From Leidyana gryllorum EB-2025a (lineage: Eukaryota > Protista > Apicomplexa), in the NCBI GenBank assembly GCA_048772705.1, contig JBLWGC010000121.1:124001-188000 (forward strand): 64,000 nt of DNA, written 5' to 3'. Positions 12,377 to 24,900 of the stretch are shown one piece after another. Under the pieces are notes generated by a model that was not told the DNA's origin, did no database searches, and was given only the letters and a program-made list of their open reading frames with translations. Each line of letters begins with the position of its first letter. Position 1 is the stretch's first letter. The position numbers were made by a program, and so were the translations under genes.

Positions 12377-14003
12377 ATGCTTGGCCAACGATGGAATACT
12401 GCCACCAAGCTGACACCTCTCTACAGATTACATGAAAAGTACCAAGCCAAGTTTGGAGACTATGCGGGATGGAGGGTGCCAATGTCCTATGCAAACCATA
12501 CGCCCACGGCTTCCCACCTGCACACCCGACAACAAGCTTCTCTGTTCGATGTCTCCCATATGGGTATATTAGAGTAAACCACAGCACTCTGAGGCCCTCA
12601 GCTCCATAGCTCTCCACAGACTACGGGGAAAAGCTCACTTTCTGGATTCACTTGTGCCCAGCGATACATACAAGTGGAAGGAGAATCGGTGTTACCTCAG
12701 TCTCTTCACCAACGAGCGAGGTGGCATTGAGGACGACTTTATCGCCACCAAACTGGTAAGCAGCGAGAAGAGTTGTCCGCAGCCGGGCCCGCAAGTAAAT
12801 ACCTCTTGATTGGTATAGAGGGATGGATCGGTCAACCTCATCGTCAATGCCGCCAACACAAACAAGGATCTGGCCCTCATTCGCAAACACCTCGACTCTA
12901 TACCCGTGGGTAAGTAAGCTGACCGAGACATAATCTCCCAGTCAAGTTTCTCGACCGCTTCCAAATCTCCCCCCCTCTCCAATTCCAGCACAACTTCCCT
13001 GTACAATCGACAGACCAACGCCGAGGCATTGAAGTCGAGTCTCGCGGCGACAAGGGAGCGTTTGCCATCCAAGGCCCTCGCGCTGCCTCCGTAGTGGAGG
13101 ACATGCTGGAATATCTGCGTGGGACCCCAGTCTTCAATCTGAAAGAGATGGGGTTCATGCGAGGTAATAACGAACAAGTCTCGCCCGTACGCGGTTATAC
13201 CTCCTCAGCGGCTCTCATACATCTCAAAGCTTTCAAGGCGGAAATATTGCTAAGTCGCAGTGGTTACACTGGTGAAGACGGATTCGAGATTCAGATTGAC
13301 AACACCAAAATTGCCGACTTGGCACAGCTACTCCTGGATCGCAACCCTAAAGTATTGAGGTTGGCAGGATTTGCTGCGCGGTGAGTTACTCCATTATCTC
13401 AACTCAACCCACCAGTGGAAGCCGATCATCTTCTCCCCCCGCCTCCCCGTACACCGAATCACTGTCCCTCCGATTGTCTCCCTCAGCAACACCTTACGGA
13501 TCGAAGCTGGTTACGGACTGTATGGACACGAGTTGGATCCCACCACCACCCCGTGGATCGCTGGGCTGGATTGGGTCGTCAGCAAGGCTAAACTGAAAGA
13601 CGCTCAGCGCATCTTCCCTGGACGGGAAGCTTTGCTGCAAGAACAAAGAGAACTGCGTGAGTCATTGCCAGCGCACGAGCGGAGCGCATACTGCTACTTT
13701 TCATTTGCCTCAGTGGATGGCGAGGGCGCCCCGAAACGACGGAAGTGCGGACTGGTGGCGGCCAAGAAGGGGTTAAGTCCTCGAGAAGGAGACCCTGTCA
13801 TGATGGACAGAACTCTTGTTGGCACGGTTACAAGCAGTTGTATATCTCCATGTTTGGGAGTACCTATCGCTCTCGCATCGCTAAAGGCCCCCGTTCTCCG
13901 CGAAACGAAAAAATCACCCGAATTGTTGATTAATATTCGAAGCACTGAGAAACCATTCTCCATTGTTCCGACACCATTCGTTGCTCTGAAACGGTATACC
14001 TGA
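12377..14003 (+). CDS. GCVT: Glycine cleavage system T protein (aminomethyltransferase), multi-exon
   Basis: TPLYRLH, YAGWRVPMSY, SLFDVSHMG, GGIEDDFI, LIVNAAN, AIQGP, SRSGYTGEDGFEI, LRIEAGYGLYGHEL and VGTVTSSCISPCLG. Confidence 0.93.
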
Positions 14004-14371
14004 TAGCCTGTTTTGATGTTCTCTTTTTGACTTTTGCTGTTTGAACTCGTGTTAGAGAAAGTTGGTGACACGTCGCGCAGAGTGAGATCGATCCAATCTA
14101 CTAAACTCCAGACCAGGAGCGAGCGAACCGTTCCAAGGACCATCGGGAATAATCCACCGCGGCCAGTCCAACGCACTGTAGCCTACCCAAAAATGCGCCG
14201 GAAGTCAGGGAGACACGTCTCCGCAGCAACGTGTGCGATGTCCCAAGAGGTGGAAACAGTTGAAAGCCAAAGTATCACAGACTCACACTTAGCTTCTTAC
14301 TACTCCTACTACTACAACACTGAAGTGTCCATCTCTACAGCACTACATCAAGTATCTATTTAACACACAAG

Positions 14372-14761
14372 ATGAAGTTCAGCGCTGTTCTCCTTGCTCT
14401 CGTTGCCGTCGTTGTTGCTGTGTCGGCTGACGAGGAAGCCCACGTCACTGTCACAATGGATGTTGCCGAAGTGTCTACTGCTCATATTGAGCCGTCTGAA
14501 GGCCACATCAGCACCACCGGCGCCGCCGAAGAGGGCGTGAGCACTACTGGAGCACAGGAAGCCGCGAGCAGTAGCTCTGAGGCCACTGTCAACCCAAGTG
14601 CGACCGCTCACAATGAACAAGATGGCAGCAGCACCACTTCTACTTCTGCTGCTACCGCGTCTGGAGAAACCGAAGTCGCTGACACCGAAGTTGAGGGTGT
14701 TGTTTCGCGCATTGTAATGTTGAACACTTTGGCGCTGGGAGCTTTCGTCTACGCCTTTTGA
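14372..14761 (+). CDS. Small secreted Ser/Thr/Glu-rich mucin-like protein, predicted GPI-anchored (129 aa)
   Basis: MKFSAVLLALVAVVVAVSA signal peptide, S/T/E/A-rich body, hydrophobic C-terminus (IVMLNTLALGAFVYAF). Confidence 0.8.
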   Translation: MKFSAVLLALVAVVVAVSADEEAHVTVTMDVAEVSTAHIEPSEGHISTTGAAEEGVSTTGAQEAASSSSEATVNPSATAHNEQDGSSTTSTSAATASGETEVADTEVEGVVSRIVMLNTLALGAFVYAF

Positions 14762-15031
14762 ATGAGTGATAGATTGTTTATGCTCGACTTGTGAACTCTC
14801 AGCTATTTAAGAACTGCTCAAAGTAATTGTCTCGCTTCAGCTAGCGGTACCTATGAAAGTATTAGTCTTGCCTGAGAGCTGACTGAGTGGTTGCGAGTGT
14901 CTGTCTCCCGTCTCTTGTCTCCCGCCCATAAAGTGTTCCGTCCTGTTTAAGTATTGCTGCTTTCACTTCCTCCTCCACTCATCACTGTTCACAGTCACAG
15001 TCCAAGGCATCTTTTCAAGTCTTATTTTACA

Positions 15032-15415
15032 ATGAAGTTCTCTGCTGTCGCTGCCGTTGTACTCCTCGCCATTGTTGGCCGCGCCCAAGAAGCATCCTCT
15101 GAAGACATTGTCGCCACCTCACCTGTCCAGTTGGTTGATGTTTCTAGCACTGTGGAGCCGATCCACATCAGCACTGCAGCTCCAGTCGACACGGCAGAGG
15201 TCCATGTCTCCAGCGAGGAAGTCCAGGGAAGTCATTCTACATCTTCTCTGGATCCCGCCGAAGCTGCAGCCAGTGGTACCGTTGTTGTGGGAACAGACGA
15301 CAACAAGGTTTCGGCGTCCGCCTCCTCAACTCAGGCGGCCAGCGGAGTCTCAGCCAACTTGGCTCTGTGGAGCACTGCCTCTATCGCGGTTGGCCTCCTT
15401 GGACTCTCTCAATAG
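15032..15415 (+). CDS. Small secreted Ser/Thr-rich mucin-like protein, predicted GPI-anchored (127 aa), related to the 14372 gene
   Basis: MKFSAVAAVVLLAIVGRA signal peptide; C-terminal SGVSANLALWSTASIAVGLLGLSQ. Confidence 0.8.
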   Translation: MKFSAVAAVVLLAIVGRAQEASSEDIVATSPVQLVDVSSTVEPIHISTAAPVDTAEVHVSSEEVQGSHSTSSLDPAEAAASGTVVVGTDDNKVSASASSTQAASGVSANLALWSTASIAVGLLGLSQ

Positions 15416-15919
15416 TGTGTCTGTGTGATTTCAAGCATTAGTTGTGTATTTTCTAACCCCCTCTAATATCAAACATATTGCACCCGCCGAATCACTCCAT
15501 TCAAGTACCGTCCCGTATGCGTAACCGATCGATTTATTTGAGTACTGTGCTGTATAGCTTGGCTGGATCTACTGCTTTGTACCGAACCGTGCTTGTGAAT
15601 CAATCTGCGACACCCGTTTCTCTCGTTCACGAGTGTGAATTGTTCGAACTAATTGACCCTCTCCCAGGGAGGTATCACTCTCAGTTGAGAGACTAATTCT
15701 GTACCATATATCCCCGACGCGTAGAAGGGAACAGAGCTGCTTTGGCAGATATTTGGGCGACTGAACTGCTTGTTACCGCCGAAATTCAATTCTTCAAAAG
15801 AATCATTGCAGTTTGCCTTCGACGATCGAGGGCTAAATTTGTGGCATTGGCCGTCCAGGTGACTTTTGGTGTGCTCCACACAATTCGTCGATAGACTGAT
15901 CCGACGCCATCGACCACCG

Positions 15920-18900
15920 ATGAGGCTCGTGCTCTTTTTCGCTCTTGCGCTCCCTTTAGCGCTGAGTGAGACTAGCAGATCCGCGATTTTCAAGGAATGG
16001 AGGGAAAGGAGTCATGTAGATGCAACATCGCCCGGGAAGACTACAGTCATCCGACCTTGGAATGGAATCCACAATGAATATGGATCATCGGCAGAGGACC
16101 CTTTTTTCAGGTGAGTGAATCTCGACTTCGGCACGAACTGTCTGCTCAGTGCTAATGGCGTCCCGGTTTATGATGACCAGACTCAATTCGAGCATCTCAT
16201 CTCCTCCTCATCACATGGATCCAACCCGCAATTAAACCAGAAGGTTCTTTACTCCGATTCGGAGGGCAGTACATTGACAGTTTCCAATGTCGCCGAAACC
16301 CAATTAGCATCGCGCGCACAGACTGTGATGCGCATACGGTCCCTTACAACGCCTAACGCTGAGAGTGCGGATAGGCGAAATCTAGGTTTATTGCACATCG
16401 TGGAAGATGAGGAATCCGAAAGCTCAACCTTCCCTGTATCTACAGAGTCGACTGTAAGCTTTACACCCACCGGAAGCACCGACTCATCAACATCATCTGA
16501 GCTCACCGTTCCGACTGAGACTACGGGAACTGAAGAAAGCTCATCCCTCCCGAAAATAGCCACTGTGTCGAGCGACAGCTCCACTTTCACCGACACTACG
16601 GATCAGATCACAAGCACTACGGACCCTGAAACAGCCACTTTCTCTCAGAGTTCCGCATACTTAGAAAGCAATGAATCCGCCACCACCTCATCTGGGTTCG
16701 AAGCCACAGATTCGACCGAAATGTCCATAAATACCGTGTGGACGAGTGACACGCCCGCCCCCACAGAACCCGAAACATTCACCGAAACCGAGACATTGAC
16801 AGAAACTAAACCCTCATTCGAAGGATCGACATCAACAGAGACTTCAGTTGAAGCTTCGGATGTCACTGATGAATCGAATTTAACACATACACTGACTGAA
16901 GCTACAAGCTCGCCAGGGAACTCGACTGACTCATCGACTTCTACTGAAGGATTGACTCCAACCGAGACATCGACTTCCACTGAGAGTCCGACTACGACTG
17001 AGACATCGACTTCCACTGAGAGTGCGACTACCACTGAGACATCGACTTCTACTGAAGGATTGACTCCAACCGAGACATCGACTTCCACTGAGAGTCCGAC
17101 TACGACTGAGACATCGACTTCCACTGAGAGTGCGACTACCACTGAGACATCGACTTCCACTGAGAGTCCGACTACGACTGAGACATCGACTTCCACTGAG
17201 AGTCCGACTACCACTGAGACATCGACTTCCACTGAGAGTCCGACTACAACTGAGACATCGACTTCCACTGAGAGTCCGACTACGACTGAGACATCGACTT
17301 CCACTGAGAGTCCGACTACAACTGAGACATCGACTTCCACTGAGAGTCCGACTACCACTGAGACATCGACTTCCACTGAGAGTCCGACTACAACTGAGAC
17401 ATCGACTTCCACTGAGAGTCCGACTACGACTGAGACATCGACTTCCACTGAGAGTCCGACTACAACTGAGACATCGACTTCCACTGAGAGTCCAACTACG
17501 ACTGAGACATCGACTTCCACTGAGAGTCCGACTACGACTGAGACATCGACTTCCACTGAGAGTCCGACTACCACTGAGACATCGACTTCCACTGAGACAT
17601 CGACTTCCACTGAGAGTCCGACTACAACTGAGACATCGACTTCCACTGAGAGTCCAACTACGACTGAGACATCGACTTCCACTGAGAGTCCGACTACGAC
17701 TGAGACATCGACTTCCACTGAGAGTCCGACTACGACTGAGACATCGACTTCCACTGAGAGTCCGACTACAACTGAGACATCGACTTCCACTGAGAGTCCG
17801 ACTACGACTGAGACATCGACTTCCACTGAGAGTCCGACTACGACTGAGACATCGACTTCCACTGAGAGTCCGACTACAACTGAGACATCGACTTCCACTG
17901 AGAGTCCGACTACAACTGAGACATCGACTTCCACTGAGAGTCCGACTACAACTGAGACATCGACTTCCACTGAGAGTCCAACTACGACTGAGACATCGAC
18001 TTCCACTGAGAGTCCGACTACGACTGAGACATCGACTTCCACTGAGACATCGACTTCCACTGAGACATCGACTTCCACTGAGAGTCCGACTACCACTGAG
18101 ACATCGACTTCCACTGAGAGTCCGACTACCACTGAGACATCGACTTCCACTGAGAGTCCGACTACGACTGAGACATCGACTTCCACTGAGACATCGACTT
18201 CCACTGAGAGTCCGACTACAACTGAGACATCGACTTCCACTGAGAGTCCAACTACGACTGAGACATCGACTTCCACTGAGAGTCCGACTACGACTGAGAC
18301 ATCGAGTTCTACTGAAGGATTGACTCCAACTGAGACATCGACTTCCACTGAGAGTCCGATTACAACTGAGACATCGAGTTCTACTGAAGGATTGACTCCA
18401 ACTGAGACATCGACTTCCACTGAGAGTCCGACTACCACTGAGACATCGACTTCTACTGAAGGATTGACTCCAACTGACAAATCGACTTCCACTGAGAGTC
18501 CGACTACGACTGAGACATCGACTTCTACTGAAGGATTGACTCCAACTGACAAATCGACTTCCACTGAGAGTCCGACTACCACTGAGACATCGACTTCTAC
18601 TGAAGGATTGACTCCAACTGACAAATCGACTTCCACTGAGAGTCCGACTACGACTGAGACATCGACTTCTACTGAAGGATTGACTCCAACTGACACATCG
18701 ACTTCTACTGAGAGTCCGACTACCACTGACACATCGACTTCCACTGAGAGTCCGACTACCACTGAGACATCGACTTCCACTGAGAGTCCGACTACGACTG
18801 AGACATCGACTTCTACTGAAGGATTGACTCCAACTGACAAATCGACTTCCACTGAGAGTCCGACTACGACTGAGACATCGACTTCTACTGAAGGATTGAC

Positions 18901-21900
18901 TCCAACTGACACATCGACTTCCACTGAGAGTCCGACTACGACTGAGACATCGACTTCCACTGAGAGTCCGACTACCACTGAGACATCGACTTCCACTGAG
19001 AGTCCGACTACAACTGAGACATCGACTTCTACTGAAGGATTGACTCCAACTGAGACATCGACTTCCACTGAGAGTCCGACTACCACTGAGACATCGACTT
19101 CCACTGAGAGTCCGACTACGACTGAGACATCGACTTCCACTGAGAGTCCGACTACGACTGAGACATCGACTTCTACTGAAGGATTGACTCCAACTGACAA
19201 ATCGACTTCCACTGAGAGTCCGACTACGACTGAGACATCGACTTCTACTGAAGGATTGACTCCAACTGACACATCGACTTCCACTGAGAGTCCGACTACC
19301 ACTGAGAGTCCGACTCTGACTGAAACCTCCACTGAGGCGTCGACCTCCGATGAGAGTCCGACTCTGACGTCGACTTCCACTGAGACGTCCACTGAGACTG
19401 AGAGTTCCACTGAGGCGTCGACCTCCACTGAGACGTCCACTGAGAGCCCGACTCTGACTGAAACCTCCACTGAGGCGTCGACCTCCGATGAGAGTCCGAC
19501 TCTGACGTCGACTTCCACTGAGACGTCCACTGAGACTGAGAGTTCCACTGAGGCGTCGACCTCCACTGAGAGTCCGACTCTGACGTCGACTTCCACTGAG
19601 ACGTCCACCTCCACTGAGAGTCCGACTCTGACGTCGACTTCCACTGAGACGTCCACCTCCACTGAGAGTCCGACTCTGACGTCGACTTCCACTGAGACTG
19701 AGAGTTCCACTGAGACGTCGACCTCCACTGAGAGTCCGACTCTGACGTCGACTTCCACTGAGACTGAGAGTTCCACTGAGGCGTCGACCTCCACTGAGAG
19801 TCCGACTCTGACGTCGACTTCCACTGAGACGTCCACTGAGACTGAGAGTTCCACTGAGGCGTCCACTGAGAGTCCGACTCTGACTGAGACGTCGACTTCC
19901 ACTGAGACGTCCACTGAGACCTCCACGGAGAGCCCGACTCTGACTGAAACTTCCACTGAGGCGTCGACCTCCGATGAGAGTCCGACTCTGACGTCGACTT
20001 CCACTGAGACTGAGAGTTCCACTGAGGCGTCGACCTCCACTGAGAGTCCGACTCTGACGTCGACTTCCACTGAGACGTCCACTGAGACTGAGAGTTCCAC
20101 TGAGGCGTCCACTGAGAGTCCGACTCTGACTGAGACGTCGACTTCCACTGAGACGTCCACTGAGACCTCCACGGAGAGCCCGACTCTGACTGAAACTTCC
20201 ACTGAGGCGTCGACCTCCGATGAGAGTCCGACTCTGACGTCGACTTCCACTGAGACTGAGAGTTCCACTGAGGCGTCGACCTCCACTGAGAGTCCGACTC
20301 TGACGTCGACTTCCACTGAGACGTCCACTGAGACTGAGAGTTCCACTGAGGCGTCCACTGAGAGTCCGACTCTGACTGAGACGTCGACTTCCACTGAGAC
20401 GTCCACTGAGACCTCCACGGAGAGCCCGACTCTGACTGAAACTTCCACTGAGGCGTCGACCTCCGATGAGAGTCCGACTCTGACGTCGACTTCCACTGAG
20501 ACTGAGAGTTCCACTGAGACGTCGACCTCCACTGAGAGTCCGACTCTGACGTCGACTTCCACTGAGACTGAGAGTTCCACTGAGACGTCGACCTCCACTG
20601 AGAGTCCGACTCTGACGTCGACTTCCACTGAGACTGAGAGTTCCACTGAGGCGTCGACCTCCACTGAGAGTCCGACTCTGACGTCGACTTCCACTGAGAC
20701 GTCCACTGAGACTGAGAGTTCCACTGAGGCGTCGACCTCCACTGAGAGTCCGACTCTGACGTCGACTTCCACTGAGACTGAGAGTTCCACTGAGGCGTCG
20801 ACCTCCACTGAGAGTCCGACTCTGACGTCGACTTCCACTGAGACGTCCACTGAGACTGAGCGTTCCACTGAGGCGTCGACCTCCACTGAGAGTCCGACTC
20901 TGACGTCGACTTCCACTGAGACGTCCACTGAGACTGAGAGTTCCACTGAGGCGTCGACCTCCACTGAGACCGAGAGTTCCACTGAGGCGTCGACCTCCAC
21001 TGAGACGTCCACTGAGAGCCCGACTCTGACTGAAACCTCCACTGAGGCGTCGACCTCCGATGAGAGTCCGACTCTGACGTCGACTTCCACTGAGACGTCC
21101 ACTGAGACTGAGAGTTCCACTGAGGCGTCGACCTCCACTGAGAGTCCGACTCTGACGTCGACTTCCACTGAGACGTCCACCTCCACTGAGAGTCCGACTC
21201 TGACGTCGACTTCCACTGAGACGTCCACCTCCACTGAGAGTCCGACTCTGACGTCGACTTCCACTGAGACGTCCACCTCCACTGAGAGTCCGACTCTGAC
21301 GTCGACTTCCACTGAGACTGAGAGTTCCACTGAGACGTCGACCTCCACTGAGAGTCCGACTCTGACGTCGACTTCCACTGAGACTGAGAGTTCCACTGAG
21401 ACGTCGACCTCCACTGAGAGTCCGACTCTGACGTCGACTTCCACTGAGACGTCCACTGAGACTGAGCGTTCCACTGAGGCGTCGACCTCCACTGAGAGTC
21501 CGACTCTGACGTCGACTTCCACTGAGACGTCCACTGAGACTGAGAGTTCCACTGAGGCGTCGACCTCCACTGAGACCGAGAGTTCCACTGAGGCGTCGAC
21601 CTCCACTGAGACGTCCACTGAGAGCCCGACTCTGACTGAAACCTCCACTGAGGCGTCGACCTCCGATGAGAGTCCGACTCTGACGTCGACTTCCACTGAG
21701 ACTGAGAGTTCCACTGAGGCGTCGACCTCCACTGAGAGTCCGACTCTGACGTCGACTTCCACTGAGACGTCCACTGAGACTGAGAGTTCCACTGAGGCGT
21801 CCACTGAGAGTCCGACTCTGACTGAGACGTCGACTTCCACTGAGACGTCCACTGAGACCTCCACGGAGAGCCCGACTCTGACTGAAACTTCCACTGAGGC

Positions 21901-24900
21901 GTCGACCTCCGATGAGAGTCCGACTCTGACGTCGACTTCCACTGAGACTGAGAGTTCCACTGAGGCGTCGACCTCCACTGAGAGTCCGACTCTGACGTCG
22001 ACTTCCACTGAGACGTCCACTGAGACTGAGAGTTCCACTGAGGCGTCCACTGAGAGTCCGACTCTGACTGAGACGTCGACTTCCACTGAGACGTCCACTG
22101 AGACCTCCACGGAGAGCCCGACTCTGACTGAAACTTCCACTGAGGCGTCGACCTCCGATGAGAGTCCGACTCTGACGTCGACTTCCACTGAGACGTCCAC
22201 TGAGACTGAGAGTTCCACTGAGGCGTCGACCTCCACTGAGAGTCCGACTCTGACGTCGACTTCCACTGAGACGTCCACTGAGACTGAGAGTTCCACTGAG
22301 GCGTCGACCTCCACTGAGACGTCCACTGAGAGCCCGACTCTGACTGAAACCTCCACTGAGGCGTCGACCTCCGATGAGAGTCCGACTCTGACGTCGACTT
22401 CCACTGAGGCGTCGACCTCCGATGAGAGCCCGACTCCGACTGAAACTTCCACTTTGACGGACGAGTCATCAACAGAGACATCGACTGAGTCGTCCACTTC
22501 CAGTGAGAGCTCAGGTTCACCAGAGACATCGACTGAGACGTCTACTTCGTCTGACAACTCCACTTCGACGGACGAGTCATCAACAGAGACATCGACGGAG
22601 TCTTCCACTTCCAGTGAGGGCTCAAGTTCACCAGAGACATCGACGGAGTCTTCCACTTCCAGTGAGAGCTCAAGTTCACCAGAGACATCGACTGAGACGT
22701 CTACTCCGTCTGACAACTCCACTTCGACGGACGAGTCATCAACAGAGACATCGACGGAGTCTTCCACTTCCAGTGAGAGCTCAAGTTCACCAGAGACATC
22801 GACTGAGACGTCTACTCCGTCTGACAACTCCACTTCGACGGACGAGTCATCAACAGAGACATCGACCGAGTCGTCCACTTCCAGTGAGAGCTCAGGTTCA
22901 CCAGAGACATCGACTGAGGCGTCTACTTCGTCTGACAACTCCACTTCGACGGACGAGTCATCAACAGAGACATCGACGGAGTCTTCCACTTCCAGTGAGA
23001 GCTCGACTTCTACTGCCGAGAGCACCGCTGAGGTCACTCAATCCACTGACGAGAGCACCGCTGAGGTCACTCAATCCACTGACGAGAGCACCTCTGAGGT
23101 CACTCAGTCTACTGACGAGGGCACCTCTGAGGTCACTCAATCCACTGACGACAGCACCTCTGAGGTCACTCAATCCACTGACGAGAGCACCGCTGAGGTC
23201 ACTCCATCCACTGACGACAGCACCGCTGATCTCACTCAGTCTACTGTCGAGAGCACCTCTGAGGTCACTCAATCCACTGACGACAGCACCGTTGAGGTCA
23301 CTCAATCGACTGACGACAGCACCGCTGATCTCACTCAGTCTACTGACGAGAGCACCGCTGAGGTCACTCAATCCACTGACGACAGCACCGCTGATCTCAC
23401 TCAGTCTACTGACGACAGCACCGTTGAGGTCACTCAATCCACGGACGACAGCACCTCTGAGGTCACTCAATCCACTGACGACAGCACCGTTGAGGTCACT
23501 CAATCCACTGACGACAGCACCGCTGAGGTCACTCAATCCACTGACGACAGCACCTCTGAGGTCACTCAATCCACTGACGAGAGCACCGTTGAGGTCACTC
23601 CATCCACTGACGAGAGCACCGTTGAGGTCACTCCATCCACTGACGAGAGCACCGCTGAGGTCACTCAGTCTACTGTCGAGAGCACCGCTGAGGTCACTCA
23701 ATCCACTGACGACAGCACCGCTGATCTCACTCAGTCTATTGTCGAGAGCACCGTTGAGGTCACTCAATCCACTGACGAGAGCACCTCTGAGGTCACTCAA
23801 TCCACTGACGAGAGCACCGTTGAGGTCACTCAATCCACTGACGACAGCACCGCTGAGGTCACTCAATCCACTGACGACAGCACCTCTGAGGTCACTCAAT
23901 CCACTGACGACAGCACCGCTGAGGTCACTCAATCCACTGACGAGAGCACCGTTGAGGTCACTCAATCCACGGACGACAGCACCTCTGAGGTCACTCAATC
24001 CACTGACGACAGCACCGTTGAGGTCACTCAATCCACTGACGACAGCACCGCTGAGGTCACTCAATCCACTGACGAGAGCACCGTTGAGGTCACTCAATCC
24101 ACTGACGAGAGCACCTCTGAGGTCACTCAATCCACTGACGAGAGCACCGCTGAGGTCACTCAATCCACTGACGAGAGCACCGCTGAGGTCACTCAATCCA
24201 CTGAGGAGAGCACCGCTGAGGTCACTCAATCCACTGACGACAGCACCGTTGAGGTCACTCAATCCACTGACGACAGCACCGTTGAGGTCACTCAATCCAC
24301 TGACGACAGCACCGCTGATCTCACTCAGTCTACTGTCGAGAGCACCGTTGAGGTCACTCAATCCACTGACGAGAGCACCGCTGAGGTCACTCAATCCACT
24401 GACGACAGCACCGTTGAGGTCACTCAATCCACTGACGACAGCACCGCTGAGGTCACTCAATCCACTGACGACAGCACCGTTGAGGTCACTCAATCCACTG
24501 ACGAGAGCACCTCTGAGGTCACTCAATCCACTGACGACAGCACCGTTGAGGTCACTCAATCCACTGACGACAGCACCGTTGAGGTCACTCAATCCACTGA
24601 CGAGAGCACCGCTGAGGTCACTCAATCCACTGACGAGAGCACCGCTGAGGTCACTCAATCCACTGACGAGAGCACCGCTGAGGTCACTCAATCCACTGAC
24701 GAGAGCACCGCTGAGGTCACTCAATCCACTGACGACAGCACCGTTGAGGTCACTCAATCCACTGACGAGAGCACCTCTGAGGTCACTCAATCCACTGACG
24801 AGAGCACCGCTGAGGTCACTCAATCCACTGACGAGAGCACCGTTGAGGTCACTCAATCCACTGACGAGAGCACCGTTGAGGTCACTCCATCCACTGACGA

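Noticed and set aside
16115-16149. ORF-track start (GTG) of the 10887-aa ORF
   Set aside because: It lies inside a GT-AG intron; the ATG at 15920 supplies the signal peptide.
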